From positions 1 through 57,841 of the IMG/VR virus record IMGVR_UViG_3300030329_003145: a DNA stretch of 57,841 bases. One strand, 5' to 3'. Positions 24,601 to 34,350 of this stretch are shown one piece after another (position 1 is the first letter of the stretch; the number at the start of each line of letters is the position of its first letter). A program made the position numbers and the translations under genes. The notes beneath the pieces were generated by a model. That model made no database searches and was not told the origin of the DNA. It saw nothing but the letters and a program-made list of their open reading frames with translations. Source of the DNA: a virus. Lineage: Duplodnaviria; Caudoviricetes.

Positions 24601-24987
24601 ATGATCTTCGATTTAGATTCGGGAGCGCCTGAATTTGATGGGGCGCATTATGAACCCTCGGAAGACCCGTATTTTTACCGGCAACTAGACCCCACTACTT
24701 ACTGGGGGTTCTCGGAAGAAGTAAAAAACAAGCCCCCATACATAAAAGGGAAAGGCCCAAAAGGGGTGATGCTTTTTGCTGAATTACAAGACGCTTACCT
24801 CGGCGTAGTAGAACACGTTCGGAACGTGCCAGTCGCCTGCTATTCAGTGGTAGGAACAATCTCGATATTAACAACAAAACACGGTCTTAATGCCGCCGAA
24901 GCAAAATTAGCTTTGGAGCAATTAAAAACCTGCAATTTGGGGCCAAATACTCCATGTTTCCTGGATTCCAGCCCGATCCAAGAATGA
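24601..24987 (+). CDS. hypothetical protein
   Basis: 128-aa ORF in the replication operon. Confidence 0.7.
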   Translation: MIFDLDSGAPEFDGAHYEPSEDPYFYRQLDPTTYWGFSEEVKNKPPYIKGKGPKGVMLFAELQDAYLGVVEHVRNVPVACYSVVGTISILTTKHGLNAAEAKLALEQLKTCNLGPNTPCFLDSSPIQE

Positions 24988-25232
24988 CCAGACTGTTCAA
25001 GAACAGATCTGTAGAAGTAAACCCTACAGTTTTGATCCGCGAAGACCACCCGGCGAGGAACGAATTTTCGTTTTCTAAGAAAAAACTAGTCGGAGTATTT
25101 TTCAGGGTCATTCCCCAGACTGCCAAAGAAGTGTTTTTTATCCAAGGGCTCCCAAAAAATTCTGTGGTGTATACTCCTGATGAAGGAGACGGGTTAATCA
25201 TATCACCATCATGCCTGAAAGGGATGGGATAA
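24984..25232 (+). CDS. hypothetical protein
   Basis: ATGA overlap at 24984 (MTRLFKN...). Confidence 0.65.
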   Translation: MTRLFKNRSVEVNPTVLIREDHPARNEFSFSKKKLVGVFFRVIPQTAKEVFFIQGLPKNSVVYTPDEGDGLIISPSCLKGMG

Positions 25233-25720
25233 TAGTCGGGGTGGATAACGGCCTCGACGGAGGGCTGTGTGCAATAGCGTCGTTTGATGGAGGCATTGTA
25301 GACAAAATAGCCATGCCGACCCTCAATAGGTCTAAAAAAAGAGAAATCTCCATCGCCACAATAAGCAAGTGGTTGACAGACCTCAACACGCCGTTTGTCT
25401 TGGCAATAGAGGAGCCGCTGGCCCACGCGAAAAGCTCCCAAGCAGTGAGGTCAATGGCCCTTAGTTTTGGCAAACTTCTCGGGATGGCCGAAGTCAAAGG
25501 GTGGGACCACGACAGGATTTCTGTCCACAAGTGGCAAAAAAATATGCTGGGGCGAACCACAAAAGGAGCCACAAAAATAGCCGCTTTGGAAACGGCAGAG
25601 CGCCTAGCACCCCAAGAAAACTGGCTTAAAAACAAACGATGCCGGACTCCGCACGACGGCATGATAGACGCATTTCTTATTGCTCAATATTATTTGACAT
25701 CGTGTCGAAGCGCACTATAA
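25211..25720 (+). CDS. RuvC-like Holliday junction resolvase
   Basis: IVGVDNGLDGG, AIEE, WQK and HDGMIDAFLIA catalytic pattern. Confidence 0.85.
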   Translation: MPERDGIIVGVDNGLDGGLCAIASFDGGIVDKIAMPTLNRSKKREISIATISKWLTDLNTPFVLAIEEPLAHAKSSQAVRSMALSFGKLLGMAEVKGWDHDRISVHKWQKNMLGRTTKGATKIAALETAERLAPQENWLKNKRCRTPHDGMIDAFLIAQYYLTSCRSAL

Positions 25721-25721
25721 C
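25694..25721 (+). promoter_or_regulatory. sigma70-type promoter, leaderless geometry
   Basis: TTGACA-N16-TATAAC with ATG 7 nt downstream (25729). Confidence 0.7.
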
Positions 25722-25728
25722 ACGCGCT

Positions 25729-26859
25729 ATGCCTGATAGTCACTCTGACCGCGATCACGCGGAATTCAGCCCCTCCTCTTTGAAATATGTAGCGGGTTGT
25801 GCGGGGTTCCAAGGCCGCAGTGGAACTAGCGCGGCGGCGGAAAAGGGAACCCGGATTCACGAAGCTCTGGAGATAGGCGACCCCTCAAACTTGGAGAGTG
25901 AAGAAGAAGTCAGCATCTTCCATGAGATCGTAGCCGAGGAGGAAAGTTTTCTGCAAAACTTTATTAATTCGTCTTCCGTATCGGGGTTGGAAGTTAAGGA
26001 AGATTTCAAAGAGATACAGCTTACAGTCGAACTGGACGGGACATCTACCTGGGGAACGTGCGACCGTATGGTTGTATTTAATAACAAAACAGGGGTTCTA
26101 ATCGACTATAAGACGGGGATTTCAGTAATCGACCCACCTGAAAAGAACCAGCAAGCGCGGGCCTATACTGTGGGGGCGTTTCAGAAATACAAAGACTTGG
26201 ATGAGATAGTTTTTCTATTCATCGTCCCCGTGCGTAACGAGACTCTTTTTCACACTTTTCACAGGTCAGATGTCCAGACAATGGTTTCTGACCTTTCTGG
26301 GATTATCAAACGGGGGGAAGTCACCCGCCCAAAATGGGAGGCTGGAGCCCCCGCGCTTGAGGAGTTAACCCCGACAGTGAATTGCAGGTTCTGCAAACAC
26401 GAAGATAAATGCCCCGCGCTTGGGGGATTGGTGATTGAGGTAGCTAAGAAAGTTAACCCACAACTCCCTGACGTAGACCTCGAAGAAACGGAAGACCCTG
26501 AGATTGTTGAACAACTGTGGGTGATCGCTAAGATTGTTTCAAATTGGTCACAACGATTAAAACAGCGGGCCGTTTCTATGGCCCTAGAAGGAGTTGAGTT
26601 CCCATCGCTGCGCTTAAAAAACATGGGGGCGACTAGAAAGATTACAGACAACAAAACACTGGTGTCTATAGCAGAAACCTACGGTCTAAGTTTGGACGAA
26701 GTATTAAATCTGTCCAGTATTCCCCTGGCAAAATTGGCCAAGGAAGCAGGGCAACTGGCTGAAAAAGGTAGTAAGAAGAAAATTTCTGAAGAATTCCTTG
26801 ACGCCTGTGAGGATGCAGGTATCCTCCGCAAATCTGAGCCGAGATTCACTCTCAGCTAA
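25729..26859 (+). CDS. Cas4-like PD-(D/E)XK exonuclease (DUF2800-like)
   Basis: HAEFSPSS, AAEKGTRIH, WGTCD...IDYKTG, QARAY and CRFCKHEDKCP; start moved to ATG 25729. Confidence 0.85.
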   Translation: MPDSHSDRDHAEFSPSSLKYVAGCAGFQGRSGTSAAAEKGTRIHEALEIGDPSNLESEEEVSIFHEIVAEEESFLQNFINSSSVSGLEVKEDFKEIQLTVELDGTSTWGTCDRMVVFNNKTGVLIDYKTGISVIDPPEKNQQARAYTVGAFQKYKDLDEIVFLFIVPVRNETLFHTFHRSDVQTMVSDLSGIIKRGEVTRPKWEAGAPALEELTPTVNCRFCKHEDKCPALGGLVIEVAKKVNPQLPDVDLEETEDPEIVEQLWVIAKIVSNWSQRLKQRAVSMALEGVEFPSLRLKNMGATRKITDNKTLVSIAETYGLSLDEVLNLSSIPLAKLAKEAGQLAEKGSKKKISEEFLDACEDAGILRKSEPRFTLS

Positions 26860-26889
26860 ACCAAAACAGAAACAACGAAACAACGAAAC

Positions 26890-27528
26890 ATGGCTGCAAA
26901 AGCAACCCAACAACCAAATGCGATCATCGCCGCACAAGCTGCGAGCATGATGATCGAGAGCACTGATATCGAGATCCCGCGTCTCAATATCATCCAGAAA
27001 ACATCTGAAATCGACGCGCCGTTTGGGTCCGTCGTTTTGGATAAACAATACGTCATTGCAGAGCCGGAAGAGAAAATCCGCTGCATTCCTGTTAGTGTAA
27101 TGAAAGCATGGCGCGAGGACATTCCGTTTGACGAGGATGTGTCGGCTAGGATCGCCTACACCAAGGAGGAGAGAGACGAGATTGGCAAAGACAGCAAATG
27201 GAATATGCTGGAGTTTGCGGACCTCATCCTGATGTTTTTTAAGCCCGACGATACTGATTCGGAGGACGCTTATCCTTTTGTCGTTGGCGACAAGCAGTAT
27301 GCTCTTGGCAAGATTAATGTAGCCAAAGATGGCTACAGGCAGACCTTTAAGAGGCTTGCCACCTTCTCGCTCCTGAACCCCGACGTTCCGCTTCCTTCTA
27401 GGGTGTGGACATTCAGTTCCTCAATTATCCAGAGGGGCAAGTATTCTTGGTATGCTCCAGGGTTGTCTATTACTTCTGAGGAAACCCCCGAGGAAGTGCA
27501 GAAATTCACAGCCAACTTTTTGACCTAA
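26890..27528 (+). CDS. putative single-stranded DNA-binding protein
   Basis: 212 aa between the exonuclease and PolA; DIEIPRLNIIQ motif, aromatic beta strands; call is positional. Confidence 0.5.
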   Translation: MAAKATQQPNAIIAAQAASMMIESTDIEIPRLNIIQKTSEIDAPFGSVVLDKQYVIAEPEEKIRCIPVSVMKAWREDIPFDEDVSARIAYTKEERDEIGKDSKWNMLEFADLILMFFKPDDTDSEDAYPFVVGDKQYALGKINVAKDGYRQTFKRLATFSLLNPDVPLPSRVWTFSSSIIQRGKYSWYAPGLSITSEETPEEVQKFTANFLT

Positions 27529-27761
27529 TGTCTGGAGACTTTGACCCGCAAGTAATCAAAGACGAGATTGAAATGCTCGGCGGGATGATTACAGAGGCGA
27601 ACGAAAAAATCGTTCTGATGCAGAACCAAGTGCATTGCCTTAAAAATGTACGCTTGGCTTTAGCCGAGGCCCTTGGAGTCGAGTTGGCGACTGAAGACAA
27701 AAGTCAACTCGTTCTTTCCCTGGCCGTCGATGGCAAAGATGCCGAGGTCAGTGGGGAATAA
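27528..27761 (+). CDS. small coiled-coil protein
   Basis: 77 aa; TAATG overlap. Confidence 0.65.
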   Translation: MSGDFDPQVIKDEIEMLGGMITEANEKIVLMQNQVHCLKNVRLALAEALGVELATEDKSQLVLSLAVDGKDAEVSGE

Positions 27762-27769
27762 TCAGGTAT

Positions 27770-27853
27770 TGTGGCGGGGTGGTTAGAGTTTCTCTTTGTT
27801 ACTTAACTATTCTGGTTAAAGCATCGCCCGACCGTAACCACATAAAAGCGGTC
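27770..27853 (+). ncRNA. putative H-type pseudoknot element
   Basis: TGTGG(27770)/CCACA(27838) interlocks with GACCGT(27830)/GCGGTC(27848); loop 3 is A-rich; loop 1 holds a nested hairpin. Confidence 0.45.
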
Positions 27854-27860
27854 ACTTATA

Positions 27861-27905
27861 GCCCCTCACTGGTTTTCACTTTTTCCAGTGGGGGGCTTTC
27901 TTTTT
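27861..27905 (+). terminator. intrinsic terminator/attenuator before polA
   Basis: GCCCCTCACTGG/CCAGTGGGGGGC stem followed by TTTCTTTTT. Confidence 0.75.
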
Positions 27906-27912
27906 GAAAGCT

Positions 27913-29688
27913 ATGCATACTTACGCAATCGATTTTGAGACTTACTACGACAAGAAGTGCAGCATAAAGACCCTCGGGCCGCTCGGGTATTTTTCTCATC
28001 CAGACTTTGACGCCTACATGGTTACCGTCAAGGGGACTGATGGGACCGAATTTGTTGGACACCCTAAAGACTTCAATTGGCTTCTTCTTAACGGTAATAT
28101 AGCACTGAGCCACAACGCCGCGTTTGATGAAACCCTATATCTATATGGAATTAAACAGGGATGGTGGCCTGAAGCAAAGCCACAGGCGTGGTATTGCACG
28201 GCGGATATGGCGGCTTATTGCAGACTGCCTCGGTCGCTTAAAGGCGCGTCTAAGGCGGCTTTTAAAATAGAGGTGGATAAAACTACTCGGGACAATATGA
28301 GTGGTAAGCGGTGGGAGACCATGTCCGAGGAGTTTAAGGAAGAAGTGAGCCAATACGCACTCCAAGATGCGGAACTCTGCTTGGAACTATGGGAGGCGTT
28401 TAACGAACTATGGCCAGAGAACGAGCGGGTTATAAGCACATTGAACAGGAGGATTTGCCAGGGGGGCATCCCCATTGATACGGCGCTTCTCAAGAAGCAG
28501 CTTGAAGTGATCAATGAAAATCTTTTTGAAGCTGAAACCGCGATTCCGTGGATGGGGGAGAGGCCACTTTTGAGTAGGGCCGCGTTTGATGACGAATGTT
28601 TGAAGCAAGGTTTAGAGCCTCCTAAGAGCCTCGCGGCGGATAACCCTGAGAGCCGCAAGTGGGTTGATTACAATAGTAAGAAACACGCATGGATTAATGC
28701 GGTCCAGAACTGGAGGCGCATCAATGCCATCAAGAAAAAGGTCGAGTCGTTTGATGTGGCTACCATGCCAGATCAAAGATATTACGGGGGGTTTATGTAT
28801 TTTGGAGCACATACAGGTAGATTTAGTGGCAGTGGGGGGAACCTTAACCTTCAGAATTTACCCCGAGACGAAATGTTCGGGGTAAATTTAAGGCACCTGA
28901 TAGCTACTAAACCCGACAAAAAATTGGTGGTGGCCGATCTATCGCAGATTGAAGTTAGAACTCTATGTTGGCTTGCAAAAGACCAGGCAATGCTGAAGGA
29001 GATTGAAGAATGCGAAGACATTTACGAGGCGTTCGCAATTAGGTTTGGAAGCTGGAAAAAAGAACAGGGGGCGCTGAAGCAAGACCCAAAAATAAGGCAT
29101 CGAGTAAAGGCTATGGTGCTGGGCTGCGGTTACGGAGCAGGCAAACAAAGGTTTGCCGATATGTCAGGCATGACCCAGAAAGAGGCCGACGATGCCGTAG
29201 ACCTGTATCGGGGGTCTATGGAGGCGGTCACTAAGTTGTGGCGGGAATACAACGTGGATATAACCGGAGCATATAACCTCACCCAACAAAATATCCCAAC
29301 CCCGTTTAAAGTAGACCTGCCAAGTGGCAGGACGCTCAACTACGGGTATATTGAAGCCAATAAAGTCGAGGGGGGTCATGTGCAGTATACCTCGTATTTT
29401 CCTAAAGGCGCTAAAATGATCCCAGTCAAACTCTGGGGAGGCTTTATAGCAGAGAATGCTTCCCAGGCTTTAGCGCGGGACATTTTTAGCGATATGCTCG
29501 TCAGGATATCGGAAGCGGGGCACACGATTATTATGCACGTACACGACGAGGTCGTTGTCGAGGCAGACGCAGACAAAGCAGAGGAAGCCTTGAAAGAGAT
29601 TCTCAAGATTATGTCTACTCCCCCAGAGTGGATATCAGATATTCCTTTAGATGCAGAAGGAACAATTCTAACGCGGTATACAAAGTGA
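27913..29688 (+). CDS. polA: family A DNA polymerase with 3'-5' exonuclease, Leu762 type
   Basis: Exo I AIDFET, Exo II HNAAFD, HTGRFSG, motif A ADLSQIEVR, motif B RVKAMVLGCGYG, motif C HVHDEV. Confidence 0.93.
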   Translation: MHTYAIDFETYYDKKCSIKTLGPLGYFSHPDFDAYMVTVKGTDGTEFVGHPKDFNWLLLNGNIALSHNAAFDETLYLYGIKQGWWPEAKPQAWYCTADMAAYCRLPRSLKGASKAAFKIEVDKTTRDNMSGKRWETMSEEFKEEVSQYALQDAELCLELWEAFNELWPENERVISTLNRRICQGGIPIDTALLKKQLEVINENLFEAETAIPWMGERPLLSRAAFDDECLKQGLEPPKSLAADNPESRKWVDYNSKKHAWINAVQNWRRINAIKKKVESFDVATMPDQRYYGGFMYFGAHTGRFSGSGGNLNLQNLPRDEMFGVNLRHLIATKPDKKLVVADLSQIEVRTLCWLAKDQAMLKEIEECEDIYEAFAIRFGSWKKEQGALKQDPKIRHRVKAMVLGCGYGAGKQRFADMSGMTQKEADDAVDLYRGSMEAVTKLWREYNVDITGAYNLTQQNIPTPFKVDLPSGRTLNYGYIEANKVEGGHVQYTSYFPKGAKMIPVKLWGGFIAENASQALARDIFSDMLVRISEAGHTIIMHVHDEVVVEADADKAEEALKEILKIMSTPPEWISDIPLDAEGTILTRYTK

Positions 29689-31847
29689 CTTATAGATATA
29701 TTAAAAACCTACGAGACTCGTCGGCCCACAAATCATCCGGCGTATCCAGATCAACTAAATCGGTTCCTAGTTTCGACACAAAGGCGGCATATCGTGCTTG
29801 GTGTGCTGACGAAAAAACGGACCACATATTTTATTCTACCGCCGAGGGGAGGGCTCCATCTAAAAGGATCTCATCTGATAACCCCGTCAATCGCGTCTAC
29901 GGAATAGTTGCGGACTACGACGCACCGGTAGACTGGAACTTGGTGGACTTTAAAATTGGGACGGTTTGTAAAAACAATATGCCTACATGGCGTACGAAGA
30001 CATACTCGGGGTATATAAGACTGGTTTGGGAATTCGAGGACTCGGTCCCTATTTCGCCCGATATGTTCTCGGCGTTTTTTAAGGAGTTAAAAAATGCGCT
30101 CAACATCCATAAAGTATTCGCGGGGTTTGACGCAACATCGCTTAACGCGGCTCAATACTTTGAGCTAGGGTCTGAGTGGCACCAGACAGGGGATAAATTA
30201 TCAAGTGCTGTCGTCCAGACGGCTCTGTTAAAGGCAGCGTCAGTCTGTCCCCCTCAATCTAATGATACTGCGATCCCCATTGAGGTAGTGGCAGAAAAGG
30301 TTGGGGCGGTATACGGACACCGATGGACCGGAGATTTTGATGTGGGGTGCCGTGGGCCTTTGTTCTGGATAGATGACGGCATCGATAGGGAGGGGTGCCA
30401 GGTAGCTGAAGACGGTATGATTTGCTACAGCGACCGTGCAGGAAAGGGGTTTGCTAGTTGGCGGGATATTTTTGGAGCCGATTTTGTATCAGATTATGAG
30501 CAAAAGAAGATGGGGAGTCTCCTAGACGAGTATTGGTTTAACGGGAAGACCTTTTTTAAGCTGCTGAACAACATTGCGGTTCAGATACCGAGGGACCAGA
30601 TCCTTCTTGAACTTCGACAGATGGGGTTTAACCCGAAACAGAAAAAGGGGTCTCCATTGTCAGAGGTGGAGTCGGCGCTCCTCGTAATAAGCAATCAGAA
30701 CCGGATACACGAAATCGCCCCTGTGGTTTTCTCTAAGGACCGCATAGTAGAATGTAGCGGTAACCGAATTTTAAACACATCTACAATCGAACCCGTAGAA
30801 CCGGCGGAAGACGGTGACCCTAAGCACTGGCCTTTTCTATACGAGTGGATGCATCAACTTTTTGAGAACTCCACAGATCGGCCAACGATTGAATACTTCT
30901 TTGCGTGGCTGAAGCGGTTTTATGAAGCGGTCCTTGAACGGGAGCCGCGCCAAGGGCAGGCACTTATTCTTGTAGGGCCTACAAATAAAGGTAAAAGCCT
31001 CCTGTCAAACAGGGTAATCTCTGGGCTTGTAGGAGGGTTTTCCGATGCTTCTGATTACCTTAGTGGGCATACTAAATTCAACAAAGACCTCGGCAGGGTA
31101 GCTACCTGGGTAATTGATGACACGACAAGTGCCAGTTCTTTCCAAGACCAACGCAAAGCAACAGAATTGATAAAAAGGGCCGTGGCAAACCCTCGGATTG
31201 AGTATATGGCTAAATATGCGGACGCGCTATCTATCCCGTGGACAGGTCGCGTAGTCATGTCACTTAACATGGATGCAAACAGTTTGTCAGTGATACCGGC
31301 CCTCGATAGTAGCAACAGGGATAAGTTGATGGCGTTAAAAATACGCGATGAAGCAACCAGCAAATTTCCTCCGAATAATACACTAGAAGAAACCATATGG
31401 AGAGAGCTTCCACATTTTGGAAAATGGCTAACTGATTGGGAGGTTCCGCAGGAGATCGAGTCTTACGGACGCTTTGGAGTGGCGAGCTTTATTGACATCG
31501 CGGTCTCTTCCGCAGCTTACGACAACTCCAGTAGATCGTCAGTGGCCGAGCTTGTGGAATTTTTCTCCAAGAAATGCCGCCACCTTAATGAAGAAATGAC
31601 CCAATGGGAGGGGACGCTCACAGAATTTCAAGTTACTCTGCACGACTTTAACAGTGGGAGAAACGTAGGAATGTCCAACAACTTGGAGTTTGTAAGGCGG
31701 GGAATGTCGGCCTTGGAAGAAGCGGGCAAGGCAAACCCAAATGTCAGGCCCGTTAAATCCGTGGGGCACGGGGGAGGTAAAGTCTGGTCAATCAACATCG
31801 ATTCGCAATTCGATATTACCCCAGCGGTCGTTTCAACGGAGGGATAG
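29685..31847 (+). CDS. primase-helicase (AEP-like N-terminus, SF3/DUF5906-like P-loop C-terminus)
   Basis: GTGA overlap with polA; N-terminal ADYD and TYSGYIR; C-terminal LVGPTNKGKS, VIDD and SLN. Confidence 0.75.
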   Translation: MTYRYIKNLRDSSAHKSSGVSRSTKSVPSFDTKAAYRAWCADEKTDHIFYSTAEGRAPSKRISSDNPVNRVYGIVADYDAPVDWNLVDFKIGTVCKNNMPTWRTKTYSGYIRLVWEFEDSVPISPDMFSAFFKELKNALNIHKVFAGFDATSLNAAQYFELGSEWHQTGDKLSSAVVQTALLKAASVCPPQSNDTAIPIEVVAEKVGAVYGHRWTGDFDVGCRGPLFWIDDGIDREGCQVAEDGMICYSDRAGKGFASWRDIFGADFVSDYEQKKMGSLLDEYWFNGKTFFKLLNNIAVQIPRDQILLELRQMGFNPKQKKGSPLSEVESALLVISNQNRIHEIAPVVFSKDRIVECSGNRILNTSTIEPVEPAEDGDPKHWPFLYEWMHQLFENSTDRPTIEYFFAWLKRFYEAVLEREPRQGQALILVGPTNKGKSLLSNRVISGLVGGFSDASDYLSGHTKFNKDLGRVATWVIDDTTSASSFQDQRKATELIKRAVANPRIEYMAKYADALSIPWTGRVVMSLNMDANSLSVIPALDSSNRDKLMALKIRDEATSKFPPNNTLEETIWRELPHFGKWLTDWEVPQEIESYGRFGVASFIDIAVSSAAYDNSSRSSVAELVEFFSKKCRHLNEEMTQWEGTLTEFQVTLHDFNSGRNVGMSNNLEFVRRGMSALEEAGKANPNVRPVKSVGHGGGKVWSINIDSQFDITPAVVSTEG

Positions 31848-32372
31848 CGGCGTTTTTAAATCACTTATGGGTAAGTGATACCCACTTACTTTGTATTTAA
31901 AGCCCGACTCATCTTCAGCGCCGCGTCTTTTATATTCGCCAAGCTCAATTAACTTTTCCTGGCTAATCCAGCCAAGGAGCCACGCGCAACTGAGATCCTT
32001 TTTTACCCGCACAAAATAATAGTAATCTGCTTTGGGGGGCCGCGTTTTAGAGCAATTAACAGACGCAATATAATGAGGTAAGGGTTTGCCCCCGCAAGTC
32101 TTTGCTTTTACATCGATCTTCTTTCGTCCAAGAACATAGTCATGGCTTAGTATGCGCCCTCCGACATACTTAGATTTTGTATAGAGTAGTTCAAACGCGA
32201 TCTCCCCAAGAAAGCCAGTCATCCGGCCTGCTCCATAAGTAAACGAGTTACTTAAAACGCCTAGCTTTTGGCTGCGTTCAAATGCTTGTTTTACATTTTC
32301 AGAATTAGGGGTGAACTGAATAAATTTGCACCCCTGTTCTTTTGTGAACTGACGGGGCAGTTTTTTTCTCAT
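31833..32372 (-). CDS. PD-(D/E)XK-fold nuclease
   Basis: GFLGEIAF...HDY...IDVKAK...ADYYYFV...LLGW pattern. Confidence 0.65.
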   Translation of the reverse strand: MRKKLPRQFTKEQGCKFIQFTPNSENVKQAFERSQKLGVLSNSFTYGAGRMTGFLGEIAFELLYTKSKYVGGRILSHDYVLGRKKIDVKAKTCGGKPLPHYIASVNCSKTRPPKADYYYFVRVKKDLSCAWLLGWISQEKLIELGEYKRRGAEDESGFKYKVSGYHLPISDLKTPLSLR

Positions 32373-32396
32373 TTCAGGATTACTATGGCATTTTGA

Positions 32397-32699
32397 CTAG
32401 GGCTTAGTTTGTAATCGTTTTGCGAATCTTTCCCAGGCAGGGAAATAAATTTCATCCATACAGCGAACTATGCTCTCCTCTTCATAAGACTCAGAGAAGC
32501 TCAACCCAGCAATGGCTAGAGCGGCATGAAGCATCTCATGCCGAATAGTGTCGTGGAGTTCTTTTCCTTTAAGGGTCTTGTCGATCTCAATTAACTTTCG
32601 CCTATGGGAATACATCCCGTAGCAATCATCGTCTCCCAAATCTCTCAACCGAATTCGGACCCGAACCCCGCCGATAGTTATGCTTTTTGGGATGCTCAT
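32397..32699 (-). CDS. small zincin-like (HExxH) metalloprotein
   Basis: YGMY...IEID...TIRHEMLHA...EE. Confidence 0.7.
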   Translation of the reverse strand: MSIPKSITIGGVRVRIRLRDLGDDDCYGMYSHRRKLIEIDKTLKGKELHDTIRHEMLHAALAIAGLSFSESYEEESIVRCMDEIYFPAWERFAKRLQTKP

Positions 32700-33271
32700 C
32701 CTTCCGCATAGTTGGTAATCGCACGGGCATACACGCCCGCGAGCTTCCCGCGATTACTGTTAATCATCTTCCACTCTTCGGCGTTACTCCCAAAAAACGG
32801 CTCTGCTATTACCGCTACAGGACGCACTTTGCGGAGTAGATATGATCCGCGCTGGTTACGGCCCCGTGGTTTTGCCCCCCTAACTTTCATGTCGGGAAAA
32901 GCCGTGGCCATCTCGTCACTTAAAATAGACGCAAATTTCTTGCCTCCTTTGCTAGTATGCCAATACAACCACTCATGCCCAGAAGCAGAGGGGCTAGCAG
33001 AATTAAAATGTAGCTCAATGACGGCGTCGATATTGTCTTCAATTAGCTTGCGGGCTAAATAATTAATGCCGCCGGTATAACTTTTATAGGGGTATTGGTC
33101 ATAGATAACGTAATCGCCCCCACTGGCCCATCCGTGGTTATTGCTCAACAAATGACCAATCCGGCGAACAAGGTCGCGGTTAAAATCCCACTCGGACAAA
33201 GTGTGGTCTCCAGTAGTATACGCTCCCTGGTCGCCTAAGCGGGAATGCCCGACTGCTAACCCGACCCTCAT
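32696..33271 (-). CDS. endolysin, N-acetylmuramoyl-L-alanine amidase (Amidase_3)
   Basis: Zn ligands and catalytic residues: AVGHS, SEWDFN, IELHFNS, VIAEPFF. Confidence 0.88.
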   Translation of the reverse strand: MRVGLAVGHSRLGDQGAYTTGDHTLSEWDFNRDLVRRIGHLLSNNHGWASGGDYVIYDQYPYKSYTGGINYLARKLIEDNIDAVIELHFNSASPSASGHEWLYWHTSKGGKKFASILSDEMATAFPDMKVRGAKPRGRNQRGSYLLRKVRPVAVIAEPFFGSNAEEWKMINSNRGKLAGVYARAITNYAEG

Positions 33272-33435
33272 TTTTTAATGACGCGGTAAAGAGATACGAG
33301 GCCGACTGAAATTCCAACAATAAGAGACCCTACTCTTAGCCAGTATTCAAACTGTTCCTGCATACTGGTGATGAGGCCCAGCATCGGAGCCGCCATGCCA
33401 ACTAGAGAGTCGATAACCTTGGAGTAGTTAATCAT
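33268..33435 (-). CDS. holin-like 55-aa membrane protein
   Basis: Translated by hand: MINYSKVIDSLVGMAAPMLGLITSMQEQFEYWLRVGSLIVGISVGLVSLYRVIKK; two hydrophobic segments and a basic tail; ATGA-coupled to the amidase. Confidence 0.65.
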   Translation of the reverse strand: MINYSKVIDSLVGMAAPMLGLITSMQEQFEYWLRVGSLIVGISVGLVSLYRVIKK

Positions 33436-34124
33436 TTTTTGCGGTCTTTATCCCGTTTAGCCTTTTTCAGCAAGGCCCGTTTATTGGGGAGCAAACTTGG
33501 GTCGATAGTCCCCTTTCCTTTAGGCAGGGGGGTAGCCCTTTCTGGGGTTGGCGAAGCAGAAGAAGGAAGAGGAATCTTTCCCCGTTTAATCTGTTTGAGG
33601 GATTTGTCTGATAAACCTCTTTCTTTTTGAGGTCCGCGATAGTCTTCATCAGAAAGCCCACTATCGAGAAAGTTCCCGAACTTGTCATACTCTTCCTTAG
33701 TTGGAGCGAATCGGTCTAGCTCAGACAATACACGCCTAGTTTCTTTTTTTCTTTCGCTCTTCTTAATGGCCAAATAGTTTTGTCGTTTTTTCAATGCCTC
33801 CTTATAGGCCCTATCATCTGGAGATACGGGCTTGGGTTCCCCATACTTATTGGGTCTTCCCAATTTCTCCCACTCAAGATAATCTCGCTTATACTCTTTC
33901 CAAAATAGCTGAGATTCTGGCGAACGACGTTCTGCCGCTATGTATTCCGCCTTCTCTTCTGGGGAAGATATTCGGCTGGTAATTTCATTCAGTGCGCGTC
34001 GCCGACGAATAGCTTCTTCTAAATTCCGTCTATGTTTTATCCCAGCCGCTATCTGCTCTTTCCTGTAAGAGTCACCAATATACGGATTGAGAGCACGTTC
34101 AACGCTTCTTAAAAAATCTGACAT
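33432..34124 (-). CDS. hypothetical basic protein
   Basis: 230-aa Lys/Arg-rich ORF inside the lysis cluster. Confidence 0.65.
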   Translation of the reverse strand: MSDFLRSVERALNPYIGDSYRKEQIAAGIKHRRNLEEAIRRRRALNEITSRISSPEEKAEYIAAERRSPESQLFWKEYKRDYLEWEKLGRPNKYGEPKPVSPDDRAYKEALKKRQNYLAIKKSERKKETRRVLSELDRFAPTKEEYDKFGNFLDSGLSDEDYRGPQKERGLSDKSLKQIKRGKIPLPSSASPTPERATPLPKGKGTIDPSLLPNKRALLKKAKRDKDRKK

Positions 34125-34128
34125 CGTA

Positions 34129-34350
34129 TTATTTTTCTCCTATTATGATTGCACGGCGGTATGAGTAATCACTGTGAAACTTGTGGTCTTCTCGCCCTAC
34201 CAAACTCCCCTCGCAGAACTCATACGTTTTCCCCTCGATCAGAGTGATCGTCGGAGGATCGTACAAGGCGCTTGCGTTCGCGGTCGATGCGTTGGGCAAC
34301 TCGTTCCATGAGCAACTTGCTAGCGGGATCACCAATAGATGCGAGAGCAT
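34129..34350 (-). CDS. o-spanin-like lipoprotein (Rz1-like)
   Basis: MLSHLLVIPLASC with lipobox LASC; overlaps the upstream ORF in another frame. Confidence 0.6.
   Translation of the reverse strand: MLSHLLVIPLASCSWNELPNASTANASALYDPPTITLIEGKTYEFCEGSLVGREDHKFHSDYSYRRAIIIGEK

Noticed and set aside
24994-25005. TGTTC-AA-GAACA as another LexA box
   Set aside because: Spacer is 2 nt rather than 4 and the site lies in coding sequence
25729-26859. Cas4 as evidence of a CRISPR-Cas system
   Set aside because: Stand-alone Cas4-like exonucleases are routine in phage replication modules; no array or other cas genes
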